A stretch of DNA of 64,000 nt, taken from NCBI GenBank assembly GCA_016933255.1, contig JAFGBF010000005.1, positions 27,750-91,749 of the forward strand, given 5' to 3'. The notes below the pieces were generated by a model that saw nothing but the letters and a program-made list of their open reading frames with translations, ran no database searches and was not told the origin of the DNA. Shown one piece after another: positions 56,606 through 64,000 of this stretch. The stretch is from Candidatus Krumholzibacteriota bacterium (GTDB taxonomy: Bacteria; Krumholzibacteriota; Krumholzibacteriia; Krumholzibacteriales; Krumholzibacteriaceae). A program made the translations under genes and the position numbers. Position 1 is the stretch's first letter; each line of letters starts with the position of its first letter.

Positions 56606-58468
56606 CTACTTTTTGTTCATACCCTGTTTTATTCGTGTCATCTTCATCTTTTCGAGCATGGTCTTCGGTCCGACATATCCGGTTATCCGCGAGTCAGGTG
56701 TTTCCCTGCCCGTTTCGTCAAAGAAAATGATCGTCGGGACTCCTTTTATCGAAAATTGTTTCTTGAAAGCATTTTCAGTCTCTCCGGATTTTGTAAGATC
56801 GACTTTCAGAGCGATAAATCTTTCTGCTTCTTCCATGACCTTAGGATCCGTGAATGTATTGTGTTCGAGTTCGTGACACGGTATGCACCAGTCAGCTGAA
56901 AAATCTATCATGACAGGTCTTCCCTTTGAGACGGCACCGTCAAAAAGTATTTCCGTGAACGGCTCCCAGAGGATTCCCGTACTGACCTTCGTTTCTCTGA
57001 AGGGGCCGCCAGGGGACGCAAAGATGATTATCGCCGCAACCAGCCATATGCCTCCCACGATCTTTCTAAGTATCGAGAATCTGCCGGACATGCCGGGTAC
57101 GCGAGCGACCCAGCCGAGGAATATTCCCGCTATTAGAGCTATCGTTCCATACAGGATTGAAGATATCGTATTTCCCAGAAGTGTCCTGGCAAAGTATACA
57201 GCCATTGTCAGGAGGATGAAAGCAAAGATCTTCTTGACCCATATCATCCAGTTGCCTGAAGAAGGGAGGCTGCCAGAGGCCGTTCCAAGAGCAATGAACG
57301 GGACCCCCATTCCCCAGGCGAGGGTAAAGAACATAAAAAATCCGAGGACCGGCCGTCCAATTTCGCCTACATATGTCAAAAGGCCCAGGACGAAAGGCCC
57401 TATGCATGGAGCCGCAACTATTCCTACGGTAAGCCCCATAAAAAGAGCTCCCCAGTAACCCTGTTTCGCTGTTCCAGTTCTTCTCGTCAGGAACATCGGA
57501 AGCCGGAACTCCCAGAGTCCGAACATCGATGTAGAGAGCCCTATCAGGACCGCTGCTATAAATAATACTATGACCGGGTTCTGAAGTGCGGATCCAAAAA
57601 GACTGCCTGTCATGGCTGCGACCATTCCGAGGATACTGTAGGTAATTGACATTCCGAATACGTATGTCAGCGCCAGGAAGAATGCTCTTGAAGGCTTTCC
57701 TCCGGCCTGGCCGCCGAAATAACTTATGGTTATCGGTATCAAGGGGTATATGCAGGGGGTCAGATTAAGAGCGAGGCCTCCAAGAAATATCAGTATAAAC
57801 GAAAGAAGCAGGCCTTTCTCTTTCATCCTGTCGGAGAAAGAAGTTTCTTTTTCTGAAGCTGATCCTGCTGGATTCCCCTTGTCATCGACAAAGGGATAGG
57901 AGGAGAAGACTTCAGGATGAAGCGCTTCTGCAGTCTCATCCAGCCTTCCGACTCTGATCCGGGTGCTGATTATTATCGATGACGGTTCGAGGCAGGTGAG
58001 GTTGTTACACCCCTGATATTTCAGAACGACCGAGATATCGTACTCTCCCGGAGCCGTCTCTTTGCCGACTTTCAGTGCAGCTCCGATCACGATAGTCCCG
58101 TGATACAGGGACATGTTCGATTCGCTGAATTCGAGTCTCTGAAGATCGGGTTCAGGATAGAAGATCCCTGTTACTTCGATCCCTTCAGGAAGGTTTGTCT
58201 CGAGAACAGTCGGGATGAGGAATTTGTCGAGGGGAGAATTCGAATTTATATGCCAACCCTCTTTGACAGTAGTCTTCAGAGCCAGATAAGCTGTAGATCC
58301 CGGATGGAAGAGAGAGATCGAGATCAAAGGTTCCGCCGAGACAAGATTCTCCGACTGAGTGAAGAACCCCTGGGCCGCCGATCCGCCGAGATCAGGTGTT
58401 ACCAGTAATGATAAAAGAATAAACAGGGCTTTTGACCTTATCGGTAGTTTGTGGAACATAATCATCAC
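56606..58468 (-). CDS. dsbD: Thiol:disulfide interchange protein DsbD
   Basis: Alpha domain YQGCNNLTC; TM LTPCIYP and APCIGP; thioredoxin DFSADWCIPC. Confidence 0.9.
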   Translation of the reverse strand: MMIMFHKLPIRSKALFILLSLLVTPDLGGSAAQGFFTQSENLVSAEPLISISLFHPGSTAYLALKTTVKEGWHINSNSPLDKFLIPTVLETNLPEGIEVTGIFYPEPDLQRLEFSESNMSLYHGTIVIGAALKVGKETAPGEYDISVVLKYQGCNNLTCLEPSSIIISTRIRVGRLDETAEALHPEVFSSYPFVDDKGNPAGSASEKETSFSDRMKEKGLLLSFILIFLGGLALNLTPCIYPLIPITISYFGGQAGGKPSRAFFLALTYVFGMSITYSILGMVAAMTGSLFGSALQNPVIVLFIAAVLIGLSTSMFGLWEFRLPMFLTRRTGTAKQGYWGALFMGLTVGIVAAPCIGPFVLGLLTYVGEIGRPVLGFFMFFTLAWGMGVPFIALGTASGSLPSSGNWMIWVKKIFAFILLTMAVYFARTLLGNTISSILYGTIALIAGIFLGWVARVPGMSGRFSILRKIVGGIWLVAAIIIFASPGGPFRETKVSTGILWEPFTEILFDGAVSKGRPVMIDFSADWCIPCHELEHNTFTDPKVMEEAERFIALKVDLTKSGETENAFKKQFSIKGVPTIIFFDETGRETPDSRITGYVGPKTMLEKMKMTRIKQGMNKK

Positions 58469-58479
58469 CTTTTCTGTAT

Positions 58480-60363
58480 CTATCTTTCGATGTACCGGAA
58501 AATATAGACGCCCCCTGCGCCGCTTGCCAGATAAACAAAATTCCCGTCCGCGAACACGCCTCTTGCGTCATCGGCGGATCTGTGTCTTGCCGCTATGAAA
58601 GGTTTATGAGGGTCGGAAACATCCACAGCTGTTATCCCCTTCTTATGCGAGGCGATAAAGACCGTGTTCCCCCAGAGGTGGATCTCGCGGGCGATCGATC
58701 CTATATCGACCGATCCGAGCATCACCGGCGTTTTTCGATCTTTTATATCCGCTATATAAAGCCCGTTGCCGCCTTCTGCGAGATATATCATATTGCCTGA
58801 GACAAAAAGGTCATCGTTCCACCCTGAAGTATTGTATTTCGATACCAGTTCGGTTTTTTCTCCGTTCACCTTATAGATGTGAAACCCTTCAAAACCGTCG
58901 GAGAAATAAAAATATTCCTCGTCGGCAAATACTCCTCTCACTTCCGAAAAATCTTTACGCCAGACGGCTTTTGGTTTTTTCGGGTCGCTGAAGTCGACGA
59001 TTTCCGCTCCTCCCATACCGCCGGCGAGGAATGCGAGTGTTCCCCGTGTGACTACCGCAGAAAGGAAATACGGGGAGGAGATCGATCCGATCTGAAACGG
59101 ATCGGCCGGATCCTTGATGTCGATGACTTTCAGGCCATCTCCTCCATCGGCAAGTAGAAGGAGATCGCCGGATACGGCAATATCTCTCGCGACCGTACTT
59201 TTGAAGTGTCCCTTCCACTCGACATTGCCGTCGATCCCGACCTTTCCTGTCCTGATACCGTCCGAACCATTGGCCACGTAGAGCCAGCCGCTGTCGGCGA
59301 CAAGGTCGAAAGCAAAACCGCCGTTCGGGATATGCGAGACAGGGCATATATTATCGCCGTCGATATTGAAAAGATAAAGCCCTTCCTCTGGTCCGAATGA
59401 GGCGATCTTTCCAGCAGCCACGGCCAGCGCACCGCCCGGGACCGTGTGAGACCTCTTTCTGCTTTTCAGAATAGAAAGAATATCTGTTTTTGCAGTCTTT
59501 ATCCCGCATGCCTGCGTCATATCTACTTCAAGCTGTTTTGCGGTCCTTACCTCTCCCTTTGAATAAGTAAACGGGATCAGTTTCCCCTCTTCGGTCAGAG
59601 CGATTCCTTTGTGGCCATCGAAGCTGATCGATGAAATATCGTCGATCGGCATATCGGCGGTCTTCCGGGGAGGACCGCTGCCGGATATATCATATATTTT
59701 TGTCAAGCCGCGGCGGTGGAAAGTAAAAAGGATACTTCCGGTGATATATCCCCTTCCCTGACCGCCGGGGGATTTTATTATTAACGGCTCGCCGGCCGGC
59801 CGGTCTTTACCGATATCATAGAGGATCGTTTTTTCGCTGTAAAAGACAGCGATCATCTTATTCGAGGCGCCTATCGAAACTGCGCCAGGATCGAGCTCAA
59901 GCTTTTCGGTCAATTCGGGTTTTGCAGGATCGGACAGGCTGAAGATATAGAGACCTTTTCTTACCACAAGTACGATCAGCCTGTCAGAGGCTATCGCCAG
60001 GCCGGATGGCTGGCTTATCGCGAATGTATCGGTCTCCTTCGGGTTGTGAGGGTCTGAGAGATCTATTGTGACAAGACCGAAGTTCCGTGCGGCGGCATAG
60101 GCGTATTTCCCGTTTACCGCAAGATCCCTTATCTCTCCTCCGAGAGGCAGGAGCTTATACTCCGGGATCGATTCGGAAGGGTACGCAACTGCGAGAGCTG
60201 CTCCGGAAGCTACGATGATCCCTTCTTCATAGAATGATGCGGCGGTGATATTACCCTGAAGCAGAGTACGCGAAAGGAGTTCGAAACTGCCCCCTGCCGT
60301 CACGCCCGTGCGCAGCATGGACGCCAGAGCGACAACTGAAATTATAATACCTTTCCTGCGCAT
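58480..60363 (-). CDS. Secreted LVIVD-repeat beta-propeller protein
   Basis: Repeats such as YAYAA..FGLVTIDLSDP, LLLADGGDGLKVIDIKDP, YLAEGGNGLYIADI; start set at MRRKGIII (GGAG RBS, signal peptide). Confidence 0.85.
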   Translation of the reverse strand: MRRKGIIISVVALASMLRTGVTAGGSFELLSRTLLQGNITAASFYEEGIIVASGAALAVAYPSESIPEYKLLPLGGEIRDLAVNGKYAYAAARNFGLVTIDLSDPHNPKETDTFAISQPSGLAIASDRLIVLVVRKGLYIFSLSDPAKPELTEKLELDPGAVSIGASNKMIAVFYSEKTILYDIGKDRPAGEPLIIKSPGGQGRGYITGSILFTFHRRGLTKIYDISGSGPPRKTADMPIDDISSISFDGHKGIALTEEGKLIPFTYSKGEVRTAKQLEVDMTQACGIKTAKTDILSILKSRKRSHTVPGGALAVAAGKIASFGPEEGLYLFNIDGDNICPVSHIPNGGFAFDLVADSGWLYVANGSDGIRTGKVGIDGNVEWKGHFKSTVARDIAVSGDLLLLADGGDGLKVIDIKDPADPFQIGSISSPYFLSAVVTRGTLAFLAGGMGGAEIVDFSDPKKPKAVWRKDFSEVRGVFADEEYFYFSDGFEGFHIYKVNGEKTELVSKYNTSGWNDDLFVSGNMIYLAEGGNGLYIADIKDRKTPVMLGSVDIGSIAREIHLWGNTVFIASHKKGITAVDVSDPHKPFIAARHRSADDARGVFADGNFVYLASGAGGVYIFRYIER

Positions 60364-60516
60364 CCTGTTCTCCAGTCGAAATAATCGCCGCTGAATAAGA
60401 TCCTCTTTCCGGTCCGGCACGGCACGCCCGGCCAGGTCTGCATCCCGGCATTATCCGTACGCTGCGTTGGCGCGTAGACTTAGATTAAATAAAAGCGCCT
60501 CCGATATCAAGGTATC

Positions 60517-60545
60517 TTGAGAAATATTCTCAAATCTGGTAGATT
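60517..60545 (+). promoter_or_regulatory. Sigma70-type promoter with palindromic operator over the -35
   Basis: TTGAGA-N17-TAGATT; TTGAGAA-ATA-TTCTCAA perfect 7-bp inverted repeat. Confidence 0.55.
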
Positions 60546-60568
60546 TGTCTCTCCGGATGGAGGTCATG

Positions 60569-61222
60569 ATGAAGCAGAGCCCGAGAAAAATCCATATGGT
60601 AAGACACGGCGAGTCGCAGTGGAACAGTGAGCGCAGAGTCCAGAAGAATACGGAAGGAGTAGCCCTGAGCGAGAGGGGCAGGCGCCAGGCGGAGCTTCTC
60701 GGTCTGAGGCTCAAGGATATGCGTTTTGATCAGGTGTTCTGCAGCGATGTTCAGAGAGCCTCTGAGACGGCCAGGATCTCTCTCGGGGAATCTTACCCCG
60801 TCATCTTCTCAAACGAACTGAGAGAGATCGCTTTTGGAGAGTGGGAGGGAAAGCTTGTCAGCGAGATAGAGGAAGAGACTCCGGAGGTGATGTCGAGCTG
60901 GTACAGGTCGCCCTCGAAAGTGAAGATAAGGGGAGCGGAGAAGTTTCTTGATTTCCACGCAAGGATAGTCAGGGAGATAGGCAGGATAACTGATGCGACT
61001 TCGGGGGATATCCTGATAATCTCTCATGGCGGAGTGATCTGTACATGGCTCACCCACATCCTCGGCATGTCTCCGGACGATATCTGGTCATTTTCTCTTC
61101 CGAATGCGTCGATCACCACTGTTGTGCTCGAATTCAGGCCGAGGCTCAGGCTGCTCGGGGATGCGCATCATCTCTCCGGCGATTTGCTCGGGTTCGACGG
61201 GATGCCTTCTTCGATCAGGTAG
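60569..61222 (+). CDS. Histidine phosphatase family protein (PGM/CobC-like)
   Basis: MVRHGESQWN; CSDVQRASETA; LREIAFGEWEG; ISHGGVI; start set after GGAGG RBS. Confidence 0.9.
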   Translation: MKQSPRKIHMVRHGESQWNSERRVQKNTEGVALSERGRRQAELLGLRLKDMRFDQVFCSDVQRASETARISLGESYPVIFSNELREIAFGEWEGKLVSEIEEETPEVMSSWYRSPSKVKIRGAEKFLDFHARIVREIGRITDATSGDILIISHGGVICTWLTHILGMSPDDIWSFSLPNASITTVVLEFRPRLRLLGDAHHLSGDLLGFDGMPSSIR

Positions 61223-62237
61223 GAATACCTGTGTCTTCCCATACTTCGGAATCTTCCATACTGAGATCGACGCGCGTTTCCGGGAAATATCTTCTTATCG
61301 ACTGGTAGATATCCCTGTATATCCTGATCCTTTCTGGCCGGTACAGTCTCATTTTCCCTTCTCTGTCCCTGAAATACTCCCCCTTGAAAAGGGCAGAGGA
61401 GACTTTCCCTGCCTCTTCCCAGAGTCCCGGAGGAAATCTCATCACGCCGATCTCAAACCTGAGGATCGATCCGCGGCCTACAGAATCCGCGATCATTTCG
61501 ACAAGCCTTTCGTATTCCTCTTTTCTGTAATACCATGGGATCACCGGGTCGAATCGGACTGCGGTATTTATTCCTGCCGCGGAAGCTTCAGCTATCGCGG
61601 CCATTCTTTCCTCTAATGAAGATACCATGCGCTCTTCTTTCCGGATCGCGGCGGACGGAGCCAGAGTCCAGGTTATAAGCAGGTTGTCAAGCAGGCCGGG
61701 GCGGTTTTTCGTCCCTTCGATGATGTGCCCTGTATTGGCACTCTTCGTTCTCGCCTCAAGAAGCGTCTTCGAACCGCTGAACAGGGGGAGGATATCGAGA
61801 GTGACTCCGGTAATATGATCAAGAGCAAGGCTGTCACCCATCTCGCCGGTCGTTATCCTCAGGACATCGGGTCTATCCAGGGCTTTCCGGATATCGCTTT
61901 TCATCTTCTTCAGATTGGTAAAGACTACGATCCTGCCGTGTTCAAGGTACGACTGCAGGTAGCAGTAAGAGCAGGTGAAAGGGCAGTTGAGCATCGTTAT
62001 TATATATTTCTCTCCGCAGGGCGGAGTTCCCGGGGTGGAAGGAAAATCCTTTACGAATTCTCCGCTGTGATGAGTAAGGATAAGAGAACGGTCCTTTGCC
62101 GGTCTTTCAGCGATGAGGCGCGGAAGATCGTTTTCGTATTCAAATGGAATACCTGGAAGCCTTTCGATTATCCTTCCGGTCAGTTCGTCACGCTGGGCTT
62201 TTTTGTCGATTATGATCCGTTCAAAAGGAACTTTCAT
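61215..62237 (-). CDS. Spore photoproduct lyase-family radical SAM protein
   Basis: NCPFTCSYCYLQ CxxxCxxC; TGEMGDSLALDH; RTKS; VRFDPVI; DLSMED. Confidence 0.82.
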   Translation of the reverse strand: MKVPFERIIIDKKAQRDELTGRIIERLPGIPFEYENDLPRLIAERPAKDRSLILTHHSGEFVKDFPSTPGTPPCGEKYIITMLNCPFTCSYCYLQSYLEHGRIVVFTNLKKMKSDIRKALDRPDVLRITTGEMGDSLALDHITGVTLDILPLFSGSKTLLEARTKSANTGHIIEGTKNRPGLLDNLLITWTLAPSAAIRKEERMVSSLEERMAAIAEASAAGINTAVRFDPVIPWYYRKEEYERLVEMIADSVGRGSILRFEIGVMRFPPGLWEEAGKVSSALFKGEYFRDREGKMRLYRPERIRIYRDIYQSIRRYFPETRVDLSMEDSEVWEDTGIPT

Positions 62238-62264
62238 TCTTGCGCCTCATTCGTTTAAACAGGA

Positions 62265-62993
62265 TCAATAATCGGTGTAACTGCCGTGCCTGAGCCAGTG
62301 GATAGTATCACCGGCCATCAGGTAGATCAACCCTACTCCGCCGAGGAATCCTCCTATATGGGCGAACCACGCGACTCCTCCGCCCTGGCCGCCGAGAGAA
62401 GCAAATCCGCTGAGAAGCTGTATGACGAACCAGAAGATTATGATCAGATAAGCGGGAACCACAGTCAGCCGGATGAATATGAAAAGGAAGATCAGCGTCA
62501 GAACACGGGCTCTCGGGTAAGCGATCAGGTACGCTCCGAGAAGCCCCGCGACTGCGCCGCTTGCCCCGATCGTCGGGATGAGGGAAGATGGATCCGAGGC
62601 GATGTGAGTCGCGTGGGCTATAAGGCCGCAGAGAAAGTAAAAGAGGATGAATTTCAAAGGCCCCAGGATATCCTCGATATTATTGCCGAATATCCAGAGG
62701 TAAAGCATATTGCCGCCGAGGTGTAAGATGCTGCCGTGCAGGAACATCGATGTGAAAAGGGTGATGACTATCGGATTGGGTCCTCTGGCGTGGACAAAAT
62801 GCCCGATAGGGCCTGACAGATCCCTGAAATGGGTTATCTCAAATGGCGTAGCTCCGAGAGAAGCGACCAGCACCTGGCCCTGATGGCCCAGAGATGTCTG
62901 GTAGACAAAAACAAGAACATTGATGACTATCAACCCGACTGTGACAAAGGGCTTGTTGCGGGTCGGATTCATATCCTTAAGCGGTAGAAACAT
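62265..62993 (-). CDS. Rhomboid family intramembrane serine protease
   Basis: SMFLHGSILHLGGNMLYLWIFGNNIED; GASGAVAG; AWFAHIGGF. Confidence 0.95.
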   Translation of the reverse strand: MFLPLKDMNPTRNKPFVTVGLIVINVLVFVYQTSLGHQGQVLVASLGATPFEITHFRDLSGPIGHFVHARGPNPIVITLFTSMFLHGSILHLGGNMLYLWIFGNNIEDILGPLKFILFYFLCGLIAHATHIASDPSSLIPTIGASGAVAGLLGAYLIAYPRARVLTLIFLFIFIRLTVVPAYLIIIFWFVIQLLSGFASLGGQGGGVAWFAHIGGFLGGVGLIYLMAGDTIHWLRHGSYTDY

Positions 62994-63223
62994 AACCTAA
63001 ATCTACATTACTGCCTCGTTAATTCAAGGGAATATTTTCTGGTCTTTCTCTGGATCCGCGCGATATTAATTAATTGTAAAATACTTATGCAGAAGGTATT
63101 GTCTTGAAACAGAAATTCATGCTGATGATACCGGATCAGGTGATGCCGTATTACACCTGCAGGGGGTCGAGCGACAGGCGTGGATATTTTTACTTGAATC
63201 AACGAAACAGTGCGGAGGAAGAT

Positions 63224-63892
63224 ATGGATTCGAAGAAAAAATACCTGATAGATGATTTCAACATCAAGGAGTCATGGCGGCTTTTTAGAATACTTGCTGA
63301 GTTCGTGGAAGGTTTCGACAGTATGGCGGGACTGGGGCCTGCCGTCACCTTTTTCGGTTCAGCGCGGGTAGGGGAAAAGGACAAGTATTACAAAATGGCC
63401 CGCGAACTCGCGAGGGAACTTTCCAGGGAAGGGCTTGCGATCATCACCGGAGGCGGCCCCGGTATCATGGAGGCTGCGAACAGGGGGGCGCAGGAGGGCG
63501 GAGGGACGTCGGTGGGCCTTAATATCGATCTCCCTTTCGAGCAGGTGCCGAACCCGTATATCGACAAGATTGTCAATTTCAGGTATTTTTTCGTCAGAAA
63601 GATGATATTCATAAAATACGCGATGGCTTTCGTGATCCTTCCCGGGGGGTTCGGAACGATGGATGAACTCTTCGAGGCGCTGACACTCATCCAGACACAC
63701 AAGATAGCGCCGTTCCCCCTGTTTCTTATCGGCAGTGATTTTTGGAAGGGTCTTAGCGGCTGGGTCAGGGAGACGATGCTCGAAGAGGGGATGATCTCCC
63801 CCGAAGACCTTGATATTATCCATATAGTCGATTCAAAGGAAGAAGTGATCAAAGAGATCATAAGGATACGCGATGTCGATCAGGCTATATAG
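63224..63892 (+). CDS. LOG family Rossmann-fold protein (TIGR00730-like)
   Basis: VTFFGSAR; TGGGPGIMEAANRGA; PGGFGTMDELFE; start set at MDSKKKY after GGAGG. Confidence 0.92.
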   Translation: MDSKKKYLIDDFNIKESWRLFRILAEFVEGFDSMAGLGPAVTFFGSARVGEKDKYYKMARELARELSREGLAIITGGGPGIMEAANRGAQEGGGTSVGLNIDLPFEQVPNPYIDKIVNFRYFFVRKMIFIKYAMAFVILPGGFGTMDELFEALTLIQTHKIAPFPLFLIGSDFWKGLSGWVRETMLEEGMISPEDLDIIHIVDSKEEVIKEIIRIRDVDQAI

Positions 63893-63917
63893 GCTGCTGA
63901 TAATCCGGAATTTTCTA

Positions 63918-64000
63918 TCACGAGATCATATAGGCGATCACAAGAAGGATGCCTGTGGCGAGATGGCAGATGACCGTTGAGCCGTTCGCGCTCCTGAGAG
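63918..64000 (-). CDS. 3' end of a membrane protein running off the window (possibly MenA/UbiA-type prenyltransferase)
   Basis: Minus frame ...LRSANGSTVICHLATGILLVIAYMIS*; only 26 residues visible. Confidence 0.3.
   Translation of the reverse strand, partial: LRSANGSTVICHLATGILLVIAYMIS

Overview
Gene-dense bacterial chromosomal window, moderately GC-rich, from a diderm (lipoproteins, outer-membrane barrel, MsbA and LPS-type glycosyltransferases). The gene mix resembles FCB-group or candidate-phylum anaerobes (inference only). Layout: (1-5.2 kb, +) tail of a secretion-like operon: TssK-like protein, C-terminally anchored membrane protein, GTPase-TM-periplasmic protein with TssM-like features, and a small secreted VirB10/TrbI-like protein. 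(5.3-11.9 kb, -) Ser/Thr kinase-PEGA, two TPR+CsgG/TolB-N proteins, a beta-barrel and a LamG lipoprotein. (12-13 kb) DDAH. (13.2-25.8 kb) MoxR/DUF58/vWA Bat operon with an inserted chaperone-like gene, then PepC and an MBL hydrolase. (26-37 kb) MsbA-led glycosyltransferase cluster with an ATP-grasp ligase and a CPBP protease. (37-40 kb, -) second kinase. (40-51.6 kb) complete V/A-type ATPase operon followed by USP, PTS EIIA and an archerase-like pair. (51.7-54.8 kb) two orphan genes and BioY. (54.8-55.3 kb) two tandem promoter-RNA-terminator units with no convincing ORF, the second rich in GGA motifs like Csr/Rsm sRNAs. (55.3-64 kb) GT4, DsbD, LVIVD protein, histidine phosphatase, SPL-like radical SAM, rhomboid, LOG. 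I saw no rRNA, tRNA, CRISPR array, integrase or transposase. Best leads: the divergent TssK/L/M-like cassette with its VirB10-like gene, the convergent kinase/CsgG/barrel module, and the tandem sRNAs. All family calls come from motif recognition by eye; no searches were run.
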